This document shows positions 36,301 to 48,319 of a DNA stretch of 64,000 nt, piece by piece; the first letter of the stretch is position 1, and every line of letters begins with the position of its first letter. Location: positions 124,001 through 188,000 of the forward strand of contig QPMI01000180.1 of assembly GCA_004431415.1 (NCBI GenBank). Reading direction: 5' to 3'. The notes under the pieces are model-generated. The model saw only the letters and a program-made list of their open reading frames with translations, searched no databases and had not been told where the DNA came from. The stretch comes from Cyanophora paradoxa CCMP329 (taxonomy: Eukaryota > Plantae > Glaucophyta). The translations under genes were made by a program, and so were the position numbers.

Positions 36301-37029
36301 CCCCCGCCCGAGCCGGCCGAGACCCGTGCGCGCCCGCCGCAGCCCCGCGCCGCAGCCCCGCGCTGCGCGGGGCCGACGGCGGGGGCGGCAGCGGGGTGCG
36401 GGGCCTCGCAGGGGGACCTCGCGGACTCGCAGCTCGCCGCCCTCGCCTCCTTCGCCGTCGCCGCGTGCGCGCCGTACCCCTCTGCCCGCCCGCCCCGCCC
36501 CGCCCCGCTCAAGCGGGTCCGGCGGGCAGGCGGGCGACGGCGTTCGAGGTGCGGCTGGCGGGGGCGGGGGGCGAGGAGGCGGCCCCCGTCGTGGAGCTCG
36601 TCCTCGAGGAGGCCGGCGGGCGCCCCTGGCGCGTCGAGGCCCCCGGGCCCCTCGCCGCCCGCCTCCTCCGCTCCCTCGCCGGCCCCGCCCCGGCCCTCGA
36701 GCGGGGGGCGGGGGCGCTGGAGGCCGGGACGGGGCGGCGGCGGGGGAGCTGGGGAGGAGGAGTGGGAGGCCTTCGCGGGAGCGGCGGCGGGGGCGCTCGG
36801 GCTCTTCGCGGGGCAGCGGCCGCTCCTCCACGCCGCCCTGGACCTCGTCGCCCTGCCCCGCGGCGCCGCCCCGGGGCCCGAGGCCCTGCCCCTCGCCCAC
36901 TCCAACCTCCGCGCCCTCCGCGCCGCCCGGCCCCTCCGCCTCTGGCTCGCCGCCGACCTCCGCCTCCCCGGCGACGAGCCCGAGGGCGGCCCCGCGGGGG
37001 GCGGGCCCCGGCCCCTGCCCCTCCCCTAA
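30327..37029 (+). CDS. BRCA2: BRCA2 homologue; 5' exons approximate
   Basis: BRC repeats LFSTGSGRAVTVSAASLARAQGAFEG; PhePP-like KRPFVPPK; helical domain WVANHFRWIVWKLAS..LDQLRYRYEREVN..RPVLRKILERD; OB1 EVTDGWYSV..G.KL..LHVNGTRRAHWDARLG; VERQYPLVYVE. Confidence 0.95.
31133..32030 (+). repeat. Six near-identical 156-159 bp tandem units encoding BRC repeats with poly-Ser/poly-Gly linkers
   Basis: atgggcgatctgttctcgacg at 31151, 31310, 31469, 31625, 31784 and 31943. Confidence 0.95.
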
Positions 37030-37169
37030 CCACACACAACCTGGACTCCAACAATCCTGAACAGCGCGTTCGGGCAACAGGGCCAGGCGCGGAAGAGAGC
37101 AGGGGGTGGGGCGGGGGAAAGTGCTGGGAAGGGGGGCAGGAGGGGGCGGTAAGGAGCGGGGGCCACATG

Positions 37170-38963
37170 CTACAGCTCGAGGAGGAGGACGTCGCCGGTC
37201 GGGGGCGGGGCAGCCGTCCGCCGGCTGCGGCGCGGCCCCGCCGCCGGGGCGGCCGCGAAGCGCCTCCGGGCAGACGCCGCCACCGTTCGGGGCGCGCGGG
37301 GCGGGGCCCACGGGGCGCGCGGGGAGGCGTGGGCGGGGCGGGAAGCGAGGAAGGCGGCGCGGGGGGCGCGGGCGGGGCCGGAGGAGGGGCGGGGCGCGGT
37401 GCGGCGGGGGCCGCGGTGGCGGGGCGGGCGGAGGAGACGAAGAGGAGGGACTTGGCGCGCTCGTAGATGGGGAAGGCGCAGGCGGAGAAGAGGGAGCTCC
37501 AGAGGAGGCGCGAGTTGAGGCCGGCGAAGAGCCCGCCCCGCACCCCGTCCTCCCGCGCCACCTGCCGCAGCGCCTGCGCGCCGAGCAGCGTCGGCGGGCC
37601 GCTGGGCGGGGCGGGGCGGGGCGGGGCGGACGCCGGAGATGGAGGTGCCGCGGGCGATGCGGCCCGTCGCGAAGCGTGTCTTGACGACGTCCATCGGCGT
37701 CGTCAGGAAGGCCGAGAAGGCGCCCGAGGCGCAGCCCTGCGCCCCGCCCCGCGTCGGCGGCAGCGCGAGGCGGGACGGGGCGGGGCGGGGCGGGGCGGGG
37801 GGGGCGGACGATGGCGGTGTGCTGCCAGGGGGCGAGCTCGCGGCCGCGCACGTCCACCAGCTCCTCGTACGCCGCCTCCTCCCCCTCCTCCCCCGCCTCC
37901 TCCCGCTCCCGCCGCCGCCGCTGCTCCCGCGTCGGCCGCCGCCGCGCAGGCGCGGCACGCGGCGGCGTGCGCACGAGGTGCCGGCGCCAGATGATGGCGA
38001 GCTTGAGCTGCTCGTACGCGCAGAAGTTGAGCGCCGTCGAGGGGATCTACGGCGCGTGAGGCCCGCGCCTGCGCCCGGAGGCGGGGCGGGGCGGGGCACG
38101 TTGCGGAGGAGGGTGGAGGCGTAGCCGCGGTAGAGGCCAGAGATCCCCTCCGCCTCGATCGTCGCGGCGAGCACCGCCCCGAGCGAGGCCGCCGGCGGGC
38201 CGGCCACCGCCGCCACTTGCGCCGTCGCCACCGCCGCCCCGGCCGCCTGCATCTTCTGCTTGAGCACCTCCTTCGGTACGAAGATGATGCTGCTCGCCGT
38301 GTTCCCGCTGCCACGCGCGTCGGCCGGCGCGCGGGGAAATCGCGGGGCGGCGCGGACCACGCGGCCGAGACCATGTTCGCCAGAGGGGAGAGCTGCCGGA
38401 AGCGGTCCCGCGGGATGCGCCTCAGCAGGCTCGACTTCACGAACCTGCCCGGGGCCCGCGGTGAGCGCGGCGGCACCCGAGGGGCGCGGGAAACGCACTC
38501 GTACGTCCCGAAGTAGAGCATGGAGGAGGGCATCGCGCCGACCGCGCCGGGGACAACGCCGCGATACCTGGGCGCGGCGTGAGGCCGGCGCCGTCGATCC
38601 GTGCGAGCTCCGGCGCATACAGGGCTATGATGCCGTCCTTCCGCACTATGTCGCCCATGGACCGCAGCGTGCCCTTGAACCTGCAGAGAACGTGACGCGC
38701 GCTCTTTCTCCCTCTTCGGCACTGCGTACTCTTTCGGGTTGTGCTGTCGGAGGGTCTTCACGGTGTCGAGCGGGTGGAGCAGGAAGTTGCTGGGGCGGGC
38801 GGTCAATCAGAGCGTACAATGTCATCGGACGCCTAGAGGGACGGCCGGAGAAGGCGGCGAGGGCGTCCGCGAACCTGCCCATGCCGGCGATGCCGCCCGC
38901 CAACGCCGCGCGAAACGCGACGTCCCGAGCCGGCAGCACCTTCGCATCCTTCGACGACGTCAT
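37170..38963 (-). CDS. Mitochondrial carrier (SLC25) protein, S-adenosylmethionine-carrier-like; 3' end approximate
   Basis: Three carrier motifs HPLDTVKTLRQ, VPKEVLKQKMQ, TPMDVVKTRF; YRGV.PGAVGAMPSSMLYFGTYE; GLYRGYASTLLRN.P. Confidence 0.88.
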
Positions 38964-39126
38964 GCTGCGCCGGATCGGTCCGCTGTCACACGCGATCCTG
39001 TACGCCTCCCTGGCGCCAACCCCCCCCTTCGTTCGCAGCAAGTTGGTGCTCTGTCGACGTCTGTTTGGCCTGCGCATGCTGCCTGTATCTTCAACGGGTG
39101 CCTCGCGCTCCGCTACCTAGCCGGCG

Positions 39127-40495
39127 CTAGCTGCGCGGGGGCGCGGCGGGGGCAGGCGGGGGGCCGAAGGGGGGCAGGCCCCAGCGCTCGGGGGTGAACT
39201 CCTCGAGGGAGTCGACGAGGAGGTCGGCCTCGGCGTAGTCCGCCCGCCGCAGGAACCGGTTGTGCGCGTCGAACACCGCCGCCACCTGCGCCCCGCCCCG
39301 CCCGCCCGCCCCGTCGGCCCCCGCTCTGCGGCACGCGCGCGCGCAGAGGGGCGCGGGGCGCGCCTTCATGCCCGCGGCCTTCGCGCCCTGCGCCGGCGTC
39401 AGGCGCGCGAGCTCGAGGCGCGCGAGGGGGCGGCGGGGGAGGGCGCGCCCTGAGGCCGGCGACGGAGTCCTCGAAGACGAGGACGGCGCCGCGCTCGGCG
39501 GGGGGCACGCCGAGCCGGTCCGCCGCCAGCTCGAAGATGTCCGGCGCCGGCTTGCCCCGCTTCGCCTCCTCCCCCTGCTCGAACCTCGCGCCGGCGACGG
39601 GGCGCAGCCCGGGCGGGGCCGGCGTTGGGCCGCACCGTCACGAGGACGGGGAAGGCGGCAGCAAACCAGGCGGCCATCGACGCTGTCTTCAACCTGCCAG
39701 GCAATGTAAGCGGCCCAGTCCATAGGGAGGGTGGCGAAGAGAGACGGAGCGGCGGCCCCGTCTCCATCGAGGGGAGGCGGGAGAGCGGGTGGCTGCGGAG
39801 CAGCGGGGCTCACCTGACGTTCTTGAGCGTGCTGCTGGTGGCCACGCCCTGCGCGGCTTTCAGGCGCGGGGCCCCGGGGCGGGGCGGCGGCGCGGCTCGG
39901 GGCGGGGGCCGGCCTTGGGGATGCCGTGGGCGGTGAGGTGGTCCACGAGGCGCCGGGCGCCCGGCATGAGCTCCGTGCGCGCGAAGCGCTGCGCCAGCAG
40001 CTCGTCCCGCTCCTGCGCGCCGGCCATGATCAGGCACGCCGGGCTCGCGCGCGGCTGTGCGTGCTCGGACGCACCGCGAGGTACTGCGCGGGGCTCAGGC
40101 TCAGGTTGAAGTGCGCCACGAGCTTCTCTGCCGTGGCCTGCGCGGTGATGCCGACGAGTTCCGAGAAGACCTCGTCGACAGAGCGCCCGGGGCAGAGCCT
40201 GCTCGCTGGTTCGACGCGGCCATGCATGGCGCCCGGACGCTGCACGGCCTACCTCGAAATCATGATGCGCTCGACCTCATAGTAGAAAGGCTCCGTGTTC
40301 TGATGCGCGCGTTAGCGGAGGTGCAGCGCGTGTCGCAGAGCGGGCCGCGCGCGCGGCAGTCCGCACCAGCAGCGTCCCGTCCTGGCGTGGACCAGATCAA
40401 AAATCAGATCAAAGAAGAGCAGCACGCGCTGCAGCACCCCGCACCAGATCAAAAATGACCGCGGCGATCGCTGGCGGCGGTGCCGCTGGCGCCAT
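39127..40495 (-). CDS. HAD-superfamily phosphatase (pseudouridine-5'-phosphatase/GPP-like)
   Basis: VIFDL-DGTLL-NTEPFY; LMPGARRLVDHL; VATSS; GKPAPDIF; LVFEDSVAG; AKAAGMKV; ADLLVDSLEEFTPERWGLPPF. Confidence 0.88.
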
Positions 40496-40868
40496 TCGGA
40501 CGCCTGTGAAGCTTCTCTGGATGTTCAGCGACGACTTCCCTTGTCGCGCTAAGCCAGCCGGAGCTCAGGGCAAGACCTGAAGGCCAAGATTCCCCGTGCC
40601 GCTCTCTGCTGCGCTGCTCGCTTCTGCGCTGCTGCGCTTTTGATGCTGTGGTACTGCACTGCCACGTTGGTCTGCTCAAGCTTGGCCACGGCGCTTGACC
40701 CTTCACAACGTGGGGGGGGGGGAGCGAGGAGGGGGTAGGGCGCGATTGAGCTGAGCGCGCCAGGCAGCAAGCGCCGGCCTGCTATCTCTGCCGCCATCGA
40801 CCGCTCTTCTAGCCTAGTTAACGTCGTGGCCGTTGATTCACGACAGCGTCGCAGCCTCGCACGCATAC

Positions 40869-42571
40869 ATGCAAACCGACGCCCATCAGCCAGCCGAGCT
40901 GGTCTTCAAGAGGTTCGACTACCGCACGCGGCGCGCGAGCACCCGGCACGCGAGCGGCTGCTCACGCCGCGGCGCATTCGCGCAGTGACAATGTCGCGCC
41001 GATATGTCCCGAGGTCCTGGCAGCGATTGCGGACGCGAATACGGGCTGGGCTGCGAGTTACGGTGCACGCGGACGCGTACGCCCGTTCGCGTACAGGCAT
41101 TGCGCACCTATCGCATGTGAGCGCAGGCGGCGATAAGTACAGCGAAATGCTGAAAAAGAAACTGTCGAGCATCTTTGAAACGGTTAGCGCGGATGCGCAT
41201 CGCTCGCTTCGCTCGCTCAACGCGTTCTTATCATGAGGATAATCTTATCGCGCGCTTAAGCTTCACACGCGGCGGGCAGGAGGTGGAGGTGTGGCTGTGC
41301 AGCACGGGGACGGCGGCAAACTCGCTGGCGCTCTCGGGGCTGGTGCCGCCCTATGGGACGGTCTTCTGCACGGAGGAGGCGCACATAACAACGGACGAGT
41401 GCGGGGCGCCCGTGCTCTTCACGGGCGGGGCCAAGCTGCACCACGTGCCGCACGCGGACGGAAAGATACTGGACCTCGCCGCCCTCGAGGCCGCCCTCGA
41501 CGCCCACGACTCCATGGTCCCCCCGCCCCCGCCCCGGCCCCGCCCCCTGCGCCCTGCCGACGGCCGTGGCCGGCAGGCGCCGCACTGGAACGCCCCGTCG
41601 GCGGTCTCGATCTCGCAGCTGACGGAGAACGGCACGGTGCGGCCGCCTGCATGGCCCCACCTGAGCGCTGCCGGGCCCCTCCGACGCGGGGCAGGCGTAC
41701 ACGGTGGAGGAGGTGCGGGCGCTGGGCGAGCTCTGCCGGCGGCGCGGCCTGCGCCTGCACATGGACGGCGCGCGCTTCGCCAACGCGCTGGCCTCCGTCG
41801 GGTGCAGCCCGGCGGACATGACCTGGCGCGCCGGCGTCGACGTCCTCACCCTCGGCGGCACCAAGGCCCGCCCGCCCGCTCGCCCGCGCTTTCCCACCTA
41901 CACCCGACGCGAGCCGCTGAGCGGGGCGGGGCGCGGGGCGCAGAACGGGGCGCTGGCGGCGGAGGCGGTGGTCTTCTTCGCGGGCGGGCCGCAGGGCTCC
42001 CGCCTCGCCGCCGACTTCCCCTTCCGCCACAAGCGCGGCGCCCAGCTCCTCTCCAAGACCCGGTGCGTCCCGCCACGGCCCCGCCCCGCCCCGCACGCAC
42101 GCACGCACGCTCTGCCGCGCCGGCTGCTGAGGCGGAGCCCCGGGGCGCGGGCGGGGCAGGTTCTTCGCGGCGCAGTTCCTGGCGCTCCTCACGGACGACC
42201 TCTGGCTCCGCAACGCCCGCGCCGCCAACGCCGCCGCCGCCCGCGTCGCCGCCGCCCTCCGCCGGCACGCCCCGCCCGAGCCGGCGACCTCCTCCTCCAC
42301 CCCCGGGGCCAGCGGCGAGGGGCACGGGGACCCCGCTGGGGCGCCGGCGCGGCCGCGGGTGGCGTACCCCGTGGAGGGCAACGAGGTCTTCGTGCACATG
42401 CCGGCGGCGCTGGCGGAGGCGCTCGCGGCGGGCGGCGCGCTCTTCTACCCCTGGGGCGCCCCCGGGGGCGGCCTCTACCGCCTCTGCACCTCGTGGGCGA
42501 CAACGGGGGCCGAGGTCGAGCGCCTCGCCGCCCTCCTCGACGCCTTCTACCGCCCCGCCGCCCCCGCCTGA
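40869..42571 (+). CDS. ltaE: Low-specificity L-threonine aldolase (PLP-dependent), bacterial LtaE type
   Basis: FKSDNVAPICPEVLAAIADANTG..SYGGD; TGTAANSLAL; AHITTDECGAP; ISQLTENGT; LHMDGARFANAL; GVDVLTLGGTKNG; KRGAQLLSK.RF. Confidence 0.92.
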
Positions 42572-42928
42572 GCCCCCCGCGGCCGGGCTCCGGTCCCCCG
42601 CTCAGTCCCCCACCGCTCGCTTCTCCCTCTTCCGCGGGCGGCAGCCCGCCTGGCCCGGTGGCTGCAGCCCGATCCGACGGCCCTGACGTCGACCGACCTC
42701 CAGGCCCGGGCCATCGATATCCACGGCCGGCGTTTACGTGCACCGGCTCACCCAGTGGGCCAGTACTGCAGCTGGTCAGGTCTGTTCCCGGCCCCACCCC
42801 GAACCATGGCCAGTGGCCAGCCTGGCAGCCCTGCAGCTGGGCCCTCGAGCTCAAGCCTATAGCTATAGCTAACGCCAACTAAACGCTTTCAAGAAAAGTG
42901 AATTCGAAGTTGCAGCCGCGGGTTGTGT

Positions 42929-43003
42929 GGGGTACAACGTTTACGCGTGTTGCGGGGTACAAGCGTGCTGGTTGTGGGGTACACCCGCAGTGCCGCGGGG
43001 TAC
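42929..43003 (+). promoter_or_regulatory. Four GGGGTAC motifs at 21-25 bp spacing upstream of a TATA-like tract and the F-box gene
   Basis: ggggtac at 42929, 42954, 42976 and 42997; tatatata near 43070. Confidence 0.45.
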
Positions 43004-43212
43004 CGTAGTACGTTTTGGCGGGAGCTCGAGCGTGGCGCTAGGCCTGTAGGCTCGACGTCGCCAGCGTTTATATATATATCTAGTTATAGCTAGTTGGCTG
43101 AGCACAAGTGCACGTGCGCTCGGCGTTTCCAGCGCGCTCGCGGCTGTGCGCATTTCACATTTCGTAGCACGTGCACTTTGCGAGCATGCAGCGAGGGCTG
43201 TTTCGAAAGCGG

Positions 43213-45749
43213 ATGGCGGAGCAGCCGCCAGATCCGGCGCCGCACTGGTCCGAGCGCCCGGAGAGTCTCAGCCCGCTCGAAGCGCTCCCCGACGCGGTCC
43301 TGCAAAATATCGTCGAGCTTATCGGGCTGCGCGACGCGTACGGCGTCTGCAGCCTGCGGGACGTCAGTCGGCGCGTGCGGGAGGTCGTCGAGGGCGCCGA
43401 GTGGCCGGAGCTGGCGCTGCGGGCGGATCCGGAGGAGGAGGACGTGCGGTGGGATCGGCGGCCGCGCCAGTCGCTCCACATCTTCGAAGTTTCGAAGCTC
43501 CTGTGGCGCATATCGCGCTCGGGCGGCGTCCGGCTGGGGACGCTGGTCGTCGACATCCCGTCGTGTGGCCACTCTGACCTCAGCTACAGCTACGAGCTGA
43601 ACTTCTGGCTGCGCAAGTGCGTTTATCGCCGGCCTTCGTTTGACGCTCGGGCGCTCATCGCCCCGCGCTGCAGATCCGGCTACAGGCCTAGCTATAGGTG
43701 GATCGACAACGACTCCGACCGCCCGGCGATGATTCTCGCGGCCTGCCTCTCCAAACTGCGCGGCCTCCGGTCCGTCCACATCCGGCACTGCGCCCCGCTC
43801 GAGCGGGGCCCGACCTACGACGAGCGGCGGGCGGACCCGAGGGATCGCCGCGAGTACGTCCTGGCTCTGCTGAAGGCGCTGGCGCCCTGCCGCGAGACTC
43901 TGGAGGAGCTCGCGATCGGTTTCACGCACGCTAAGCCCGTCCGCTGCCCCGCCGGATGCGCGCTCCTCCCGGTCCGCTGCTCGCCCGCTGCTCGGCTGAG
44001 CGCCCGCGCAGGGGACGACGACGAGTGGAAGCCGCTCCTGGCGGCGCTGCGGCCCTTCCAGTCGCTCCGGCTGCTCGACCTCTCGGGCTACTGCTTCTCG
44101 GCCCAGCCGATATTGGAGGAGCCCGAGGTGGGCTTCCTGGCGAAGCTCGCGAGGGCCCTCCCGCGGCTCCGCTCGCTCGGCCTGCGCGCCGGCTCCGGCG
44201 GGCGCATCAACGGCGTCGACGGCTACGCCGCCGCAATGTCCCTCCTCCTCGCCCCCAACTTCCCCCTCCTCGAGGTCCCCCAGGCCCCGACCCCCGCCCC
44301 GCCGCCCCCTCTGAGCGCCCCCCCAGGAGCTCTCGCTCCGGGGGTACGCCTCCCGCTGCGGCCGTGACTTCCTGGACGAGCGGGGCTGGGACGATCTCCG
44401 CGACCTCTGCAGCCTGCCCCACCTCCGCAGCCTCAGTGCCCTCCCCACCCCCCAGCCCCCCATCCTCTCCCCCTCCGCCCCCGTGACGGCGGGCAGGGCT
44501 GGACCTGCGGGCGCTGGACGACCTCGACGCGACCTCCGTCGACGTCTTCGAGCTCGTCGCCGAGGGCGCCGCCGCCCGCCCCCACGCCGGGGCGCCCCTC
44601 GAGGTCCTACACCCCCCCCCCCCCCGCCCCCCCTTCCCTCTTGGGGGCCCTGGAGCTCCCTGCAGGGCTGACCGCGGGGCGGGTGCGGGCGGGCAGAGGC
44701 TGGCGGCCGCGTGGCGCGTCGTGTGGGAGATGAGCGAGGAGAACGTCGCCGCCCTCTGCCGCCTCGTGCGCCGCTCTTTGTACCTCCGCCTCCGAGGCTC
44801 GCCTCTCGCTTTCGATCCGCCGAGCGCGGCCCCTTGGCCGCAGACGTCGCTGCAGAGCCTGGCCCTGGGGCTGGACCCCGCGAGGCTGCGGGGCGGCTAC
44901 CTCTCCTTCACGGACCGCGGCGCCCTGCGCGCCCTCGGCGGCCTCCCCGCCCTCCGCCGCCTCCGCTCGCTGAGCCTCGGCCTCTGCCTCTACGAGGCCG
45001 GCACGGGCCCCGCCGCCGTCCAGGCCCTCGCCGCCCTGCCCTCCCTCGAGACCCTCGCCCTCTCCCTCGCGGCCCCGGTGGAGCAGGCCGGGCAGGAGGA
45101 GGCCGCCGCCGCCGTCCAGCGGGAGACGCTCGCGGCGCTGGCGGGCGCGGTGCCGGCCATGCACACCCGCGCCCTGCGCTCCCTCTCCCTCGTCCTGGAC
45201 GGCGAGGAGGGGGACCCCGGGGAGCGGGCGGCCCTCTTCACCGCCGCGGCGCCCGTGCTCGAGCGGCTCGTCCTCCGCCTCTCGTACCCCCGCACGGCCC
45301 CCGGGGAGGTGGCTGCCCTCGCCCGCTGCCGCCGCCTGCAGAGCCTCCGCCTCCGCCTCTCCTTCCCCGCCGGCCCCGACCCCCCGCCCGGCGCGGAGGT
45401 CGCCGCGCTCCTCGCCCCGCTCGCCGCCCTCCCGCCCCTCCCGCCGCACGCCCGCCCCCACTCGGTCGAGCTCGACCTCGCGGCGTGCCGGCCCCACGTG
45501 GAGCCGCGGCTCTGGCGCTACGCGGCGCCCGAGGCGGTCTCGGCGATGCTCCTCCCCATCCGCCACGGGCACCAGCGCCTGCTGGGCGGCATCCACGTCT
45601 ACGCGCGCACGGCCCCGGAGCACCTGGAGCGCCGCTGCGAGGTCGAGCGGGCGGTCCGGGATCCCGAGCTGCGCCGGCGGACCCCTTTCAGGCCCTACCC
45701 CGACTCGGACTCGGACCCCGACGTGGACTCTGATGATGAATATGAATAA
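43213..45749 (+). CDS. F-box/LRR protein
   Basis: SPLEALPDAVLQNIVELIG..SLRDVSRRVREVVEG..W F-box; LRRs LEELAI, LRLLDLSG, LPRLRSLGL, LQSLALG, LRSLSLGL, LETLALS; acidic C-terminus. Confidence 0.8.
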
Positions 45750-46290
45750 GCATGATGCTCCAATGAAGAGAGTACATGCATCTCGACATTGGCCGTAACT
45801 TTAGTAATTCAATATATAAGCTGAAGCTTAAGGCCCTGAGGCGCGGGCCGGGCCGGGCCGGCCGCGGGGGATCCGGCCGCGGCCCGGCGGCGCCGCGCCC
45901 GGCCCAGCGCTTGCAATTGGTCAAGCCCGTCAAGCTCAAGTCTGGTCGCCGGCTCTGTGTCTAGCTCAAGTCCTGCTGGGGTAGGGGCGCAAATCAGTTG
46001 ACAGGCCTCGAGCTCCTGGTCTGCTGTAGCTAGCGCGTGTGGACTTGTTAACTGCCAGGTTACACGCCGCAGCGCTAGTCGAGTCAATCCAGCAGCTGCG
46101 CCGACCGCTGGGCCAATTCCGGTCGCGCGAGAGCGGCCTGGTTCCAGCAGCCAGAGCGAGGCCTGTCCAGCTCAACCATGAGTCTCTTTTGTTGTCGAGT
46201 CAGCGCGTCGGCTGCCGGTGCGCCCATGCGCAGCTTCAACATATAGCACCGACTGTGAGGGCCCGTCTGCGGCTCCGGCCGGTCGCGGAG

Positions 46291-47937
46291 ATGTTCTCGA
46301 ACATCCTCAAGAAGATGGGCCTCCCCGTGGGCGACAAGAAGACCACGCGGAGCAACGTGAAGAAGGTCCGCGGGCCCGCGCCGCTGGCCGGCTCTGGGGC
46401 GCCGCGCCGTGCTCATCGCGCTAGCACAGGTGGTCATCGCGCTGACCGGACTCGTGAACGCCGGGAAGACCTCGATCGTCCCGGGCCTGCGCCAGAAGTG
46501 CAGCGCCTTCGTGGTCCGATCTGCCGCGCGGCGACGTGCGGCGGCGGCGCTCCCGGGGCCGACGCGGGGCGCAGCGGGAGAACCCGTTCCTGCTTGTGTG
46601 CAACGGGGACAAGCTGAACTACGTGCTCTCCGCGTTCGACCTCGCGGACGAGAAGGCGCGGGAGCCGTCCGTCTGGTCCAACTACCTCGCCGAGGCGCGC
46701 CCGCCGCCCGCCGCCGGCCTCGCGCCTCGCTGCGCCGCGGCGACTGGGCGCTGAGGGGGCGGGGCAGTCGTACGGGCTGATCATGGTAGTGGACAGCGCC
46801 GACCACGCGAGCCTCCCGCAGGCCCGCGCCGCCCTCCTCGAGATCGTCACCGTCCGCCCGCCCCGCCGCCCCCGCCCGCACCCGCCCGCCCGCCCGGTCC
46901 GAAGCGTCCCCGCAGGACCCCCGCTTCTTCACCAAGCCCATCGCCATGTGCGGCGGGAGGGGCGCGTTGGGCGCGCGGGACGCGCGGGGCCCGACGGGGC
47001 CCGGGGGCGCAGCCTGGCGAACAAGCAGGACCTGCCGACGGCGCTCACGATGGCCGAGGTCGAGGAACGGTGCGCGCGGCCGGCCTGCCCGCCCCGCCCC
47101 TCCCTGCCCCGGTGGCGACGCGGTGCGGGGGTGGGGCAGGCTGGCGCTGGGGGAGGTGCGGTGCACGTACATCATCCAGGGCTGCGTGGCCCTCGCGCAG
47201 GAGGGCGACCCCTACGACGAGGGCATCGGCCAGGGCCTCCGCTGGATCGTCAACCACATCTACGAGCACTGTCCGGCCCCCGGCCCCCGCGCCCGCCGCC
47301 GGCCGGCCGCGCTCGCTGACGCGTGCCGGCCCCGGGGCGCGCGTGGCAGACGAGAGCCTGGCGCTGAAGGTGAAGCGGGACCTCGCCGTGCAGGCCGTGC
47401 GCGCCGCCCCCGGCCCGACGCGGCCCTGCGCGGCCCGACGCGAGCGCCGCAGGAGCTCGACAAGCTTCTCCGCCTCGTCAGCCGCAAGTGCGCAGCCGTG
47501 GGGGCCGCCCGGCGCGGCCCGGGGCGGCCCGGTGCGGGGCGTCGCGAACGCGGCGGGCGGGGCCCGGGCAGGAAGGGGCGGCGGCTGAAAGAGGGGCGGC
47601 GGCGGGCGCTGGAGGAGGAGATGGGGCGGATGCAGGGCCTGCAGGCGAAGAGCCACCTGCTGGACATCGCCGTCGACCGCGCCATCCGCGACCTCCAGCT
47701 CGGCAAGGCCTGGGTCCGCCCCGGCCCCGCCCGCCCCCCCGCCCGCTCCCGGCCCTTCGTGCTGGCACGCGCCGACGCGGGGCGGGGACAGCGGTTCGCG
47801 TCGGAGCTGGACCCCGACCCCTACGACGCCCCCATCCGCCTCGGCGCGCCCCACCCGCCCCGCCCGCCTCGCCCCGCCCCGCCGGGCGAGCGGGGCGCAG
47901 GCCAGGTGGCCCCCGACCGGTGGGCCCCGGGCGGCCC

Positions 47938-47973
<36 letters not shown>

Positions 47974-48281
47974 CGAGGAGGAGGAGGAGCGGCGCGAGGA
48001 GGGGAGGAGGAGGTGCGCGGGGCGGCCGGCACCGCGGGCGGCGAGGGGCGCGGGGCGGAGGGCGCGTGGCTGCGCGGCGGCTTCTCGGGCTCGGGCGAGC
48101 TGCGGCCGGGCGCCGACTCGGCGTGGCCCCTCGGGCCCCTCGGCATCCCCGCCGCCCACCCGCCGGTCCGCGCCCCGCCTGGCCACCCGCCCCGGCCGGC
48201 CGTTGACCCACGCGGGGGCAGGAGCCAGTACGCGCGGCAGCGGGCGCTGATGGCGCAGGGCGGGCCCTGGTGGCACGCCAG

Positions 48282-48319
<38 letters not shown>

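Noticed and set aside
15517-37029. MUS81, cyclin B and BRCA2 as a functional gene cluster
   Set aside because: Interspersed with unrelated genes; no synteny evidence available; likely chance in a compact genome
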